Source: Chamaesiphon sp.
GTDB taxonomy: Bacteria > Cyanobacteriota > Cyanobacteriia > Cyanobacteriales > Chamaesiphonaceae
NCBI GenBank assembly: GCA_965246715.1
Contig: CBDFFH010000029.1
Coordinates: forward strand, 82,687 to 146,686
Direction of reading: 5' to 3'
DNA: 64,000 nucleotides
In this document: piece after piece, positions 51,843 through 62,180 of the stretch
How the letters are laid out: each line of letters starts with the position of its first letter
How positions within the stretch are numbered: the first letter of the stretch is position 1
Made by a program: the position numbers and the translations under genes
Notes under the pieces: model-generated
Database searches by the model: none
What the model was told of the DNA's origin: nothing
What the model saw: only the letters and a program-made list of their open reading frames with translations

Positions 51843-53825
51843 TTACCAAAAATAGCCCAAGCGAACCTCTGTGCGCTGGAGATTGGCATCATGATGTAAT
51901 AAATATTCGCGGGTAATTGCACCTTGAGCGCGGAGATTAGTTACTTCGCTTTCGGCGATTTCGGTATCGGTAGATAATAAGATTACTTGTTCGCTGGCGG
52001 CAGGGAAATACCGCTCGATTAGATTAGTACGGTGGGAGGAATCTAATCTACCTAAAGGTGTGTCGATCGCGATCGGTAATTGTCGTCCCGATACTCGTGC
52101 TAACCCCCATAACAAGGCAATTGCCAGGAGTTGTTTTTCTCCGGCGGAGAGGCGATGCTTAGGTAATAATTTCCCCTCGCGATCGTGTAATGATAATGTG
52201 AAGGTACTGCTATCGATCGTCACTCGATGAACCAGTTCTGACTTATGTAATAGATACCGAAAACATTCGGTGACTTCATTTTCGAGGCGATTGATTTTTT
52301 TGAGTGTGAGTTTTTCTTTGAATACTTGTAATGTTGCTTTCACTTTAGCAACTGAGTCGATAATATGCAGATCGTTCTTGAGTTTGATATTAGTTTCGGT
52401 ATAGGTTGCTAGTTCTTGCTTAGTTTTAGCAATCGTGCGATCGAGTTCTTGGTAGCGACGATTGTTGACAATTTGGTCTGCTTTGAGTTGAGATACGAGT
52501 AGACGTGCGGTAGCTTCTTGTTCTTTGAGTCGAGTGTATTCTTCTGGGGATGCGGCTTCAGCAATTTGTCGATCGAGGAAATCTAATTCGGTTTCGAGTT
52601 TGACTAATTGAGTTTGTAGTTCTGTAAATTTTTGCTTATCGCGATCGAGATCGTATTTTAGAATATTATCTAATCGATCGAGCGTCTCTGGATCTGCATC
52701 TAGCCAAGCTGGCGCTGGCAAATCGATCTCACCAGCGATGCGTTGATTTTCACTTTCGAGAAAGGCTTGGATATCGGCAATTTGGGTTGTTAAAACTTGC
52801 TGCTGTTGAAGGTAGTCGATTAGTTTCCGATCGCGTTCTAGTAACATGTCTATTGCAGCTTTGCCTTGTTGGTGGCGTAACTCGATCGATCCTTGTGTCC
52901 GTACTTGAGTTAATAATGGTGCGATTAAGGCTAGTGGTAAATATCCCTCAGCTAATACGCGTAAGCCTTGCCGTTGCTGTTCGATGCGAGTTTGAATAGA
53001 TTTAGATTCGACCTCTAATTCTTTTCCCTGAGCGGCAATTTTCCCGCCTTCGCGGACGAATTTATCAAATGCTTGTTCTTCTCGATCGATCGCGATTGTT
53101 AACTTCTCTTTCAGTCTGACTAGTTGGTTTGCTACTTCATCTAATTCTGTCTGTTGCTGTTCGAGCTTGGTTTCGATTTCCTCGATCGCTGCTAATTGTG
53201 ATTTGCTAGCAAGATCGCGCCGTTTTCTACTAACTAATACATCTAAATCGGCTGCCAAACGTTCGGCTAATTCTAGTCCTAATAACGATTGAATCGCGTC
53301 GAACACTCCAACAGGTGGTGTCTCCTGTTCTGCTAATTCTTTAACTTGCTCACCATCAAACAGAAAGAGATTAGAAATCCCTAATGGTAAAAGATTTTCG
53401 ATGTACTCATCCCAAGTATTTAATAAATTTTTATCTGCCCAATCATTGACCAAAATTCCTAAAGTATCTTTACCGTCTTTTGGATTCCGCTCCCAATATC
53501 TGACAATCCGAATATCTAAGAGATTGCCATCTTCAGCTACCTGAAAAGCCAACTCGATCCGGGCTTTTTCATTTAGGGGTGTATGGCTACTAACGCATTG
53601 ATTGAGGAAATCGCCATAGCTCAAATTTCCGCGAGTAGAACATTGCGCGCGGGAGCCATATAAAGCCAATCGCATCGCATCCATAATCGTCGTCTTCCCT
53701 CCACCATTCATCCCACCAATGAGAATAATCGGGCGACTATCTTCAGCTGAATCTGGGAGGAGATCGATCGTATTTTTTCCCAAGTAAGAACCGAAGTTTT
53801 CTAAGACTAATTCACGGAAGAGCAT
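51843..53825 (-). CDS. dndD: DNA phosphorothioation ATPase DndD
   Basis: GGMNGGGKTT, LFLFDGE, coiled coil, LSAGEKQ, IDTPLGRLDSSHR and QVILLSTDTEI. Confidence 0.92.
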   Translation of the reverse strand: MLFRELVLENFGSYLGKNTIDLLPDSAEDSRPIILIGGMNGGGKTTIMDAMRLALYGSRAQCSTRGNLSYGDFLNQCVSSHTPLNEKARIELAFQVAEDGNLLDIRIVRYWERNPKDGKDTLGILVNDWADKNLLNTWDEYIENLLPLGISNLFLFDGEQVKELAEQETPPVGVFDAIQSLLGLELAERLAADLDVLVSRKRRDLASKSQLAAIEEIETKLEQQQTELDEVANQLVRLKEKLTIAIDREEQAFDKFVREGGKIAAQGKELEVESKSIQTRIEQQRQGLRVLAEGYLPLALIAPLLTQVRTQGSIELRHQQGKAAIDMLLERDRKLIDYLQQQQVLTTQIADIQAFLESENQRIAGEIDLPAPAWLDADPETLDRLDNILKYDLDRDKQKFTELQTQLVKLETELDFLDRQIAEAASPEEYTRLKEQEATARLLVSQLKADQIVNNRRYQELDRTIAKTKQELATYTETNIKLKNDLHIIDSVAKVKATLQVFKEKLTLKKINRLENEVTECFRYLLHKSELVHRVTIDSSTFTLSLHDREGKLLPKHRLSAGEKQLLAIALLWGLARVSGRQLPIAIDTPLGRLDSSHRTNLIERYFPAASEQVILLSTDTEIAESEVTNLRAQGAITREYLLHHDANLQRTEVRLGYFW

Positions 53826-54046
53826 GAGCAGTTGATAGTGAATAGTGAACAGTGAATAGTAAGAAGATTGGCAACCTAGTAATAAGAGTGGAGTAATATT
53901 TGCCCCACTCTAGGTTTTAAAAAATAATCTCTAGAGAATCGAGTCGAATATTTCAGGAATTGACGATCGCGGCATGGTAGCTAATGTTGAGGTGTGTGGA
54001 ATCCCATCATGCCGCAAAATTTCACTTTGTGTGTGAGTCAAAAGTA

Positions 54047-54796
54047 ATGGAAACTGTTACGCTGAGAGATCGCTTTCCTCAATTATTTGCTGGATTAACT
54101 TTACTATCGATCGCATTAATTGTCAGTTCGGCTCTCTGGGCGGGAGCCGTGCGCAATATCAAACGTGCGGATGATGCCTTGACGATTACGGGTTCGGCAA
54201 AAAGATCGATTAAGTCGGATTATATCGTGTGGCGGGTGTCCCTCTCTAGCCAACAACCGACTACACAAGCGGCTTATCAACAACTTACCGCTTGGAAAGC
54301 TCGGGTGCAAGGCTATCTCAAAGATGCCAAAGTGCCCGAATCGGCAATATCCCTGGCTTCGCTCGAAACTACCTCGATTCCGGAAGTAATTAATGGGCGA
54401 GAAACGGGTAAGACATTGGCTTATAAGCTGAGCCAAAAGTTGGAAATTCGATCGAGTGAAGTCGATCGCTATGCCCAATTATCGCAGCAAATTACCGAAC
54501 TAATTAATGAAGGAATTCCGCTGACTTCGGAGCCGCCAGAATATCTCTACAACGAACTCAGCAAACTGCGAATCGAGATGGTAGCAGAAGCTACCAAGGA
54601 TGCCAAAGCTAGAGCCGAGGCAATTGCTAAGAGTACGGGAAATCGCGTCGGTGGCGTGCGGAGTGCCGATACGGGAGTATTTCAACTCACGCCACGCAAC
54701 TCCACTGCGGTAAGCAATGGCGGTAGCTATGATACCACTTCGATCGAGAAAGATCTTACGGCAGTCGTATCGGTAAAATTTGGGATCGTCGAGTAG
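54047..54796 (+). CDS. SIMPL (DUF541) domain protein
   Basis: ITGSAKR, ATKDAKARAEAIA and GVFQLTP. Confidence 0.88.
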   Translation: METVTLRDRFPQLFAGLTLLSIALIVSSALWAGAVRNIKRADDALTITGSAKRSIKSDYIVWRVSLSSQQPTTQAAYQQLTAWKARVQGYLKDAKVPESAISLASLETTSIPEVINGRETGKTLAYKLSQKLEIRSSEVDRYAQLSQQITELINEGIPLTSEPPEYLYNELSKLRIEMVAEATKDAKARAEAIAKSTGNRVGGVRSADTGVFQLTPRNSTAVSNGGSYDTTSIEKDLTAVVSVKFGIVE

Positions 54797-54974
54797 TTTA
54801 AGATTTCGATCTTCAAGTACGTGTAAGAAGATTTAATATCAGCTTACACGTATTTTTATTAATTTTCTGGTAGTTTTGTTGGTATTTATCTAGATCGCGC
54901 TTTACATGCAGCTAACTACCGATCGATAATGGATGGAATTTAATTAATTTTTCTTAAGATTGAGGTTGACAGCG

Positions 54975-55148
54975 ATGCCCTATATCAATAATGACGGCGA
55001 CAGCAGATTAAATAATTTCCCAACCGAGCCACAAATGTATGTCGCTGAATCAACCACCCCCTCTCAAAAACGCAACTATTTAATTATAGCGATCATCGGT
55101 TTAGTTTTGGTCATTGGCTCGATTTTTGTAGCGAAGGCTGTTTCCTAG
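54975..55148 (+). CDS. psb34: Photosystem II assembly factor Psb34 (Ssl1498 family)
   Basis: RLNNFPTEPQMYVAE...QKRNY followed by a single TM helix. Confidence 0.85.
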   Translation: MPYINNDGDSRLNNFPTEPQMYVAESTTPSQKRNYLIIAIIGLVLVIGSIFVAKAVS

Positions 55149-55169
55149 TGGCTGTAAATCGCTTGGCTT

Positions 55170-55205
55170 AGTATTGCGCTCTCAGCAAACTGAGAGCGCA
55201 ATACT
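55170..55205 (+). terminator. Strong hairpin after psb34
   Basis: 16-bp perfect stem AGTATTGCGCTCTCAG / CTGAGAGCGCAATACT. Confidence 0.65.
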
Positions 55206-55258
55206 GAAATCGTGGGTATTTTAAGATCGAACCTTTAACTGCGATTCCACCAATCTAT

Positions 55259-56713
55259 ATGTCAGTTTCATCGCCACAAGAATTTATCGATCGCATTCTC
55301 CAATCGAGATATCGACTCGATCGTTATTTAGGTGGTAGACTCTCTCGATGTACTTTTCTAGCGATAGACTTAGCTACCGAACAATCGATCGTGATTAAAT
55401 TACTCTGTTTCGATCGAGACTTCCAATGGGATGACTTGAAGTTATTCGAGAGAGAAGCGCAGACGTTACAAGCTTTAGATCTGCCAACTATTCCTAAGTA
55501 TCGAGATTATTTTGAATTCACATTACTAGACATTCGTGGATTTGCGCTAGTTCAGGATTATATCGATGCTCCCTCGCTTGTCAATGCGATCGAATCAGGT
55601 CGTCACTTTACACAGCAAGAATTAGAAGAAATTGCTGTAGTTATGCTAGAGATTTTAATCCATCTTCATAGTCGATCGCCACTAATCATTCACCGCGATA
55701 TCAAACCCAGTAATATTCTCTTAGATAATCGCTCTGGTAATAGTGTCGGCAATTTATATTTAGTAGATTTTGGCTCGGTACAAACAGCCGCTCGTGGTGA
55801 AACAGATACTATCACTGTTGTCGGTACATACGGTTATATGCCAATCGAACAATTTGGCGGACGCACTGTTCCTGCATCAGATTTATATAGTTTGGGGGCG
55901 ACACTTATTTATCTAATTACTGGCATACATCCTGCCAACTTACCGCAATCAGAAGGTCGCCTTCAATTTGAATCGACTCAATTAAGCAAGCATTTTCGTC
56001 GATGGTTAAATCGTTTGATAGAGCCAAATCTCGATCGACGCTTTATTAGTGCAGAGGAAGCATTGACGGCATTAATAAATTCTCAGACTCCGCAAGAATT
56101 CACACCAAACTATCAGCAACCTGTTGATTCTCAGCTGAAATTAAATCGCCATAATGACCGTCTATCAATAATAACTAAAAAATCTATATATTTCTCTCGA
56201 ATAAATAATGTTATGGTTGCAAGCATTATTATAGCTTTATCTTCATCAACCATATCAAAAATACTTGTAGAATTTTACAATAGTTATCCAGGATATCGAT
56301 TGAATATTGGATTTACTGGAATCGAATACCTATCATTTATTTTTGCAATAATCTCTTTTGCTACATTTGTTATATTAATATGTCAGATTGCTTTAAAATT
56401 TTCACATAAATATTTTGCTGAGTACTCGATCGAGATTGATGAAACATCAATCCAAGATAGATTTAGATTGTTTTCATCTGCTGATGTACTGAGATCCAAT
56501 CTCAGAACTAGTATTTTTGGAATTATTATATATCAACATTTAGATCCCTTTGACAAAGCCAATAATAGTCGTTCGAAAACTATTCCTACACTGATTATTA
56601 AGGCAGGATTAGAAGATTATAAAATTGAAGTTTCTTCAGAAGAAGAGCTACAGTGGTTGGCTGCGGAATTGAGTGATTTTCTTGGCGTAGGAGTTCAGTC
56701 CCTACTCGCTTAA
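55259..56713 (+). CDS. Hanks-type Ser/Thr protein kinase with two C-terminal TM helices
   Basis: VIK, HRDIKPSN, DFG, GTYGYMPIEQ and SDLYSLG motifs. Confidence 0.92.
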   Translation: MSVSSPQEFIDRILQSRYRLDRYLGGRLSRCTFLAIDLATEQSIVIKLLCFDRDFQWDDLKLFEREAQTLQALDLPTIPKYRDYFEFTLLDIRGFALVQDYIDAPSLVNAIESGRHFTQQELEEIAVVMLEILIHLHSRSPLIIHRDIKPSNILLDNRSGNSVGNLYLVDFGSVQTAARGETDTITVVGTYGYMPIEQFGGRTVPASDLYSLGATLIYLITGIHPANLPQSEGRLQFESTQLSKHFRRWLNRLIEPNLDRRFISAEEALTALINSQTPQEFTPNYQQPVDSQLKLNRHNDRLSIITKKSIYFSRINNVMVASIIIALSSSTISKILVEFYNSYPGYRLNIGFTGIEYLSFIFAIISFATFVILICQIALKFSHKYFAEYSIEIDETSIQDRFRLFSSADVLRSNLRTSIFGIIIYQHLDPFDKANNSRSKTIPTLIIKAGLEDYKIEVSSEEELQWLAAELSDFLGVGVQSLLA

Positions 56714-56751
56714 TTTAAGACACTATAGCTAGTAATGACATTTTCCGATAA

Positions 56752-57282
56752 TTATGTTTTTACTTTACCAAGATGACAGTCATTCAGCCATGACCTAATC
56801 GCCTCAGCAACGACGGTTCTGCTACTTTCGAGTGGGGGTGACACAGGGGTAGTTCCACGGGGAGTTCCCCCCGTACTCGAATAAATATTTACCAATCGCC
56901 AACCCAGCCGCGTTTGTACCATAAATAGCCAGTGGAATTGCTGTAGCTCTGCCGATCGAATCCCGGTATATTGGCGTTCTAGAGTCGTGATAAATAATTG
57001 TTTTGGTGTAGCCTGGGGAAACTGTGGCGGATATTCTCGGCTGGCTACTGCGAGCGGTTTAAATTCTGGCGCACCAACACTCAAGATCGAACTGTACACT
57101 GGATCGGTACGTTTGCGCCGTCGTTGAATCAGGCGATTGGTATAGCTAGGTAAATCCCTGACTAGGAGAGTAGTAAGATCTTCCAGCTTTGCAGGACATG
57201 TGGCTGGTGCCACTGCTAAAATCGGTACGATGCGCTCGCACTGATATTCAATAATTCGATCGCAAATCGGCAGATAATACAC
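56752..57282 (-). CDS. Cyanobacterial hypothetical protein (start uncertain)
   Basis: DLPSYTNR, FITTLERQY, HWLF and SPPLES motifs. Confidence 0.7.
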   Translation of the reverse strand: MYYLPICDRIIEYQCERIVPILAVAPATCPAKLEDLTTLLVRDLPSYTNRLIQRRRKRTDPVYSSILSVGAPEFKPLAVASREYPPQFPQATPKQLFITTLERQYTGIRSAELQQFHWLFMVQTRLGWRLVNIYSSTGGTPRGTTPVSPPLESSRTVVAEAIRSWLNDCHLGKVKT

Positions 57283-57554
57283 CTAAAAAAACTACCTCTT
57301 AAATTTGGTAATTACTCCCTATCGTTCGATCGAGCATCTCCATTATATCGGCAGAAATTGGTATTTGAGCGTTGGCAATCTTAAGCTGGAGTGTTGGCAA
57401 CCGAGTAAATCGATCTGTTGCATCTGTGCCGATACCTTGAAGTTCATCTAAATATCGCAAAGTTCGCTCCGTCTCGCCATCAACAAATAGTACATTTATG
57501 TATAATTATAGTAATCTTGTAGTTTTTCCTGAAATTATCCTGGAGAAGTAAATT

Positions 57555-58523
57555 ATGAAGGCAGTCGACCAGCATAAACTCCATAACATCGTGAATGTTG
57601 CCGATCTGACCTCCGAATATGTAAAGGATGGATGTGTCCGGCTCCCAAAGTTACTTGACGATGATACTGTTCGAGTCATCGCACAAGAATCGCAAATATT
57701 ATTAGCAGGAGAATCTCAGCAACTTGAGAAAGCAATAAACTTCTTCGAGCGGAAAGAATGGGAAAGCTTGTTGTGGACAACACCCCAAAATGTCACGATT
57801 TTATATGATATTTTGGGTCAGTCACCCCAACTGGATCGAGCACTAGAATCTATTCTCGCGGATCCAATTATAGATCGACTGTTACTCGATGTTCTGGGTA
57901 GAGGTTACAAAATGTGGCTGCTCCAGATCCGCAGAGCAAATCCTGGCTCAGATTGCTTGCGAATACATCAAGATCGTCCGGGGGAGACATCTTTACAAAT
58001 TCTTTTAGATGATATCCCTTCTCCAGCGGGCTGCACTGTGCTCCTTCCCGGCTCGGATGCTTGGCCTCGGATTATCAACTCATTGCCATTTATCGCTCCG
58101 AAATATATTGCTCCTTGGCTGAGATCCCTAACTGGGGAGAAAGGAGATATTTGGTTGTTCACACCAACTGTATGGCATGGTCGTTCTCAAGCTAATGCCA
58201 GATCGCAGACAGTACTGATGATGAGTTTCCTACCTTGTTCTGCAAACCAAAATATCGTAATTCCACCACCACATATTCTGGAAAAGTTAGGGCCGAAATT
58301 ACAGGCAGCACTTCATGACAGAATAGATAGATCCGGATCTCAACTTGCCGCAACCATCGAGCTGCAAAAACTGCTCGATGCTAATCCCCGCTTTAAATTC
58401 TGGAGTCCATGGCAATTAGCGATCGGACTATCTTATCCTTTCGTCTTGGCTCTGACAGTTTGGCGGTTTTTCAAACGGCATTACACTTCTTACAAAAGTC
58501 AGGGGATAGGGGATAGGAGATAG
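57555..58523 (+). CDS. PhyH-like Fe(II)/2OG dioxygenase
   Basis: HQD ... LPGS ... GDIWLF...WHG facial-triad pattern. Confidence 0.75.
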   Translation: MKAVDQHKLHNIVNVADLTSEYVKDGCVRLPKLLDDDTVRVIAQESQILLAGESQQLEKAINFFERKEWESLLWTTPQNVTILYDILGQSPQLDRALESILADPIIDRLLLDVLGRGYKMWLLQIRRANPGSDCLRIHQDRPGETSLQILLDDIPSPAGCTVLLPGSDAWPRIINSLPFIAPKYIAPWLRSLTGEKGDIWLFTPTVWHGRSQANARSQTVLMMSFLPCSANQNIVIPPPHILEKLGPKLQAALHDRIDRSGSQLAATIELQKLLDANPRFKFWSPWQLAIGLSYPFVLALTVWRFFKRHYTSYKSQGIGDRR

Positions 58524-58645
58524 CGATTCGCCGAACTCCAGCTAATTGCTAAACGTGCGATATTTTCCGTTTTCTGTGTTGACCCCAATAAATCGGCTAA
58601 GTCAATGTTCACCTTAGTAGCAAAGAGAATCGCGCTTGTTAATAA

Positions 58646-59995
58646 TTAGCGCATGGTCACGAATTCCTCAGCAGAGCTGGGGTGAATCCCAACTGTAGCG
58701 TCAAAATCGGCTTTCTTCGCGCCCATTTTTACAGCAATAGCTACACCTTGGATAATTTCAGCCGCATGATCTCCGACCATATGTGCGCCCAATACTCGAT
58801 CGGTAGTACTATCGACTACGAGCTTCATTAGAGTTTTTTCTTGCTTATTTGGCAGTACATAATACATTGGGCGGAAGCTACTGCGATAGATTTTAATCGC
58901 ATCACCATGCATTTCGCGCGCTTCTTCTTCGGTTAAGCCGACAGTTGCCGCTTCGGGGGTGGTGAAGATCGCGGTGGGGATATCGGCATAATTCATCTGG
59001 CGCGGCTTATTGCCAAACATCGTATCCGCAAATGCCCGACCTTCATTGATTGCGACAGGAGTAAGTTGGATGTTATCCGTACAATCACCCACAGAGTAAA
59101 TATTTGCTACACTTGTCTGGCTGTATTTATCTACATGGATGACACCATTATGCGTTTTCACGTCGACATTTTCTAGTCCGAGATCGGCGGTATTCGGTTT
59201 GCGTCCCAATGCGGCTAAACTAACAGCATCAGCAAGGATCGTTGATGTTCCATCGTTGGTATTGACGGTGACTTCGACACCTGTAGCAGTTTTGGCGATC
59301 GAGACATCCAGAGTATTATTGATAATCTCGATCCCATGATGGATCATCCCATCTTGGACAGCCGCTCGCAGGTCGCCATCGAAGCTCCGGAGAATTAATT
59401 CTGGTCGAATCACTTGGGTAACTTTCGTTCCCAATCCATTCATAATACAAGCGAATTCGCAGCCGATATAACCAGCGCCCAAAATCACGATACTTTTGGG
59501 TTGTTCGGCGAGGTTAAACACATCATCCGAAACAATCGCATGTTCGATCCCTGGAATATCGGGACGTACGGGTACGCCGCCTACTGCAATTAAAATTTTA
59601 TCAGCGGTGACGGTACGATTGCCGACCTGAATCGTATGCTGGTCGAGGAACTTACCCCGTCCGTGAAGGAGTTCGACCTTGGAATTATCCAACATCCGCT
59701 GATAAATACCATTGAGCCGCGTGACTTCATTATTTACCGCTGTTATCATTTTCGGCCAGTCGAGCTGACTTTTAACCGCACTCCAGCCGTAACCCTCAGC
59801 ATCAGTAAATAGTTCGGGGAAGTGAGAAGCATAGACCATCAATTTTTTGGGAATACAGCCACGATTGACGCAAGTACCACCCAATCTGTCGTATTCGGCA
59901 ACACCGACCTTCGCCCCATATTCGGCTGCGCGGCGTGCTGTGGCAATCCCACCCGAACCAGCACCAATCACGAATAGGTCAAAATCGTAGCTCAT
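58646..59995 (-). CDS. gor: Glutathione-disulfide reductase
   Basis: GGTCVNRGCIPKK, LTPVAI and IHPSSAEEFVTMR. Confidence 0.97.
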   Translation of the reverse strand: MSYDFDLFVIGAGSGGIATARRAAEYGAKVGVAEYDRLGGTCVNRGCIPKKLMVYASHFPELFTDAEGYGWSAVKSQLDWPKMITAVNNEVTRLNGIYQRMLDNSKVELLHGRGKFLDQHTIQVGNRTVTADKILIAVGGVPVRPDIPGIEHAIVSDDVFNLAEQPKSIVILGAGYIGCEFACIMNGLGTKVTQVIRPELILRSFDGDLRAAVQDGMIHHGIEIINNTLDVSIAKTATGVEVTVNTNDGTSTILADAVSLAALGRKPNTADLGLENVDVKTHNGVIHVDKYSQTSVANIYSVGDCTDNIQLTPVAINEGRAFADTMFGNKPRQMNYADIPTAIFTTPEAATVGLTEEEAREMHGDAIKIYRSSFRPMYYVLPNKQEKTLMKLVVDSTTDRVLGAHMVGDHAAEIIQGVAIAVKMGAKKADFDATVGIHPSSAEEFVTMR

Positions 59996-60107
59996 CTCTA
60001 TATTCCTCGATCGTTAGTGGATAGTGGACAGTGACGGTAACACTTGCAGCTTTCAGATAAATCGATGATGTTAAATATAATCGACCTTACAAACAGCATA
60101 AATCCAA

Positions 60108-60130
60108 GTAGGTAGGCACTGCCACCCTAC
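60108..60130. repeat. GTAG-type REP-like hairpin between prx and gor
   Basis: GTAGGTAGGCACTGCCACCCTAC imperfect palindrome. Confidence 0.5.
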
Positions 60131-60210
60131 TCAGATTTATTGATTAGGTGGGGTGGCAAATAGTAGCGAATATTTGGGTATGCGGGCAAAAGTTAATCTA
60201 CCCATTTATA

Positions 60211-60243
60211 TACTATCCACTATCCACTATCCACTATCCACTA
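60211..60243. repeat. Heptamer tandem repeat (ACTATCC)n, STRR-like
   Basis: About 4.5 copies directly after the prx stop. Confidence 0.8.
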
Positions 60244-60244
60244 C

Positions 60245-60778
60245 CTACTTACTGCCTTTGATATAAGCTAACATCGTATCGGCATCGGAGACTTCAAACG
60301 GGTCGGTGGGACAGTTGTCGATAAAACCTTCTTCGGAGAATACTTTCTCGATCTTATAGTCGTTTACCACCATCGAGTAGCGCCAAGAGCGCATTCCAAA
60401 TCCCAGATTGGATTTGTCAACTAACATGCCCATTGCTTTACTAAAATCACCATTACCATCAGGCAGGAGCTTGACATTGTTGGCACCTTGCTTGAGACCC
60501 CACTGATACATGACGAACGCATCGTTGACGGATAAGCAGTAAATCTCATCTACACCTTGTGCTTTAAACTCGTCGTAGAGTTCTTCGTAGCGTGGCAGGT
60601 GGGAGGTAGAACAAGTAGGTGTGAATGCGCCAGGGAGGGAGAATACGATGACTTTTTTGCCAGCAAAAATGTCTGCGGTACTTACATCTTGCCATCTGAA
60701 GGGGTTTTCACCATCGATCGATGCATCGCGAACGCGAGTTTTAAACACAACATCAGGTACTCGGTCTAATACAGCCAT
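60245..60778 (-). CDS. Type II peroxiredoxin (Prx5 family)
   Basis: LPGAFTPTCS, SVNDAFVM and RSWRYSM. Confidence 0.95.
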   Translation of the reverse strand: MAVLDRVPDVVFKTRVRDASIDGENPFRWQDVSTADIFAGKKVIVFSLPGAFTPTCSTSHLPRYEELYDEFKAQGVDEIYCLSVNDAFVMYQWGLKQGANNVKLLPDGNGDFSKAMGMLVDKSNLGFGMRSWRYSMVVNDYKIEKVFSEEGFIDNCPTDPFEVSDADTMLAYIKGSK

Positions 60779-60867
60779 GATTTGCTCCTAGTATTTAATT
60801 TTTTAGTTCGCCGTAAGTAGTCGCGCCGCTGTTTGTAGGTGACGATCGACAAACTAACTTATATATC

Positions 60868-60882
60868 TCAGAATAATTCTAA
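60868..60882. promoter_or_regulatory. Putative Per/Fur box
   Basis: 7-1-7 near-palindrome TCAGAAT-A-ATTCTAA in the AT-rich divergent prx/perR promoter region. Confidence 0.65.
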
Positions 60883-61046
60883 TTTAGGAATAAGTCAAGA
60901 GTAATAACTATTCCTGATTAAGAATAATTAACAATAAACAAGCTTTCTGGAAATTTGCGGATTATAATTGGAAACTACAGTACGACTGTACGAATGTCGA
61001 ATGTCCTACCTCCTAAATTCCGCACAGCGGTACCAGTCTTTTCGCA

Positions 61047-61466
61047 ATGCTCCAGTCCTCAACAGATGCGATCGTCCAAACACTCAAAACAAAAGGATTG
61101 CGGGTCACGCCGCAACGCTTTGCCGTGTACGCCAATTTATTGTCGCGCGACGATCATCCAACGGTCGAACAGATCCTGGTGGATTTAAACCAACATTTTC
61201 CCGTCTCTTCACAAGCGACGGTGTATAGTTCGCTGCAAGCACTCCGCACGGCGGGATTGATTCGGGAAGTGCTGCTTGAAGCTGGCGTATCGCGGTATGA
61301 TGCCAAAGTCGAGCCGCATCATCATTTTCAGTGTCAACAGTGCGGCTCGATCGAGGATATTGGTTGGGATGCGTTTCCTGCGGTAGAATTCGATCGATTG
61401 CGATCGGGTTTACAGGTGCAGACCTATGAAATCGCGATTAAAGGTTGTTGCGATCGATGCCAGTAA
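61047..61466 (+). CDS. perR: Fur-family peroxide regulator
   Basis: GLRVTPQR, HPT, HHHFQCQQC and C-terminal CDRC; divergent from prxII. Confidence 0.87.
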   Translation: MLQSSTDAIVQTLKTKGLRVTPQRFAVYANLLSRDDHPTVEQILVDLNQHFPVSSQATVYSSLQALRTAGLIREVLLEAGVSRYDAKVEPHHHFQCQQCGSIEDIGWDAFPAVEFDRLRSGLQVQTYEIAIKGCCDRCQ

Positions 61467-61475
61467 TGAGAAGGT

Positions 61476-62003
61476 TTATTTATCTAGATAGCGGATATCG
61501 ATCACAGTGGCATTAAAATTGTAGTTTAATTGGTCTACTTCTACTGTAGAGCCAATTTTCATTTTGGTATTGCCGAGTACCAGTCCATCTTTAGTTTTTT
61601 GACCTTTGCCATTGACAGTGACGATCATGTCCGTACTATACAGATCTGGGCGCGGATCTTTTAATGCTTTGAGCGAACCATCTGGCTGCGGTGTGGAAAT
61701 CGTGCGTTCTAACTGACGGACGGATTTGATATCTACTTGTCCGGCTGGCTGGTTGCGAATAATAAAACTTAATTTACTCCCTGGACTAAATTGAGTCATC
61801 AGCGATTGGGGGTTGAGCACGTTCAATCCTCGGACGATAATATCTGCTTCTACTGCTTGGGGTTTATCTTGGCCGCGAATCGCGCCCGAATTGCCAGGAG
61901 AGAGAAAAATCCCCGCGACTACAAATAATATTACTAGGGCAGCACCCAGGTCGAGGACACTGACTTTACCAAATAATCTACCTTGTCGATCGAGAATAGT
62001 CAT
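61476..62003 (-). CDS. DUF4330-family membrane-anchored protein
   Basis: LDRQGRLFGKVSVLD and IIRNQPAG. Confidence 0.82.
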   Translation of the reverse strand: MTILDRQGRLFGKVSVLDLGAALVILFVVAGIFLSPGNSGAIRGQDKPQAVEADIIVRGLNVLNPQSLMTQFSPGSKLSFIIRNQPAGQVDIKSVRQLERTISTPQPDGSLKALKDPRPDLYSTDMIVTVNGKGQKTKDGLVLGNTKMKIGSTVEVDQLNYNFNATVIDIRYLDK

Positions 62004-62115
62004 AGAGATGAATTATGCAGGGATGCGAGTTTGGTGGACAGCTGGTGAATCCACAGCTAGTATACAGCAATCGGGAACGACTCGATCCTACTGCGAAGAT
62101 CGAGTCGTTGTAACG

Positions 62116-62154
62116 ATTTTGGATTTTGGATTGCGGATTTTGGATTGCGGATTG
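62116..62154. repeat. Heptamer tandem repeat ATTTTGG/ATTGCGG
   Basis: About 5 units visible. Confidence 0.75.
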
Positions 62155-62180
62155 CCAAGAGACTATCTATCCCCTAATCC

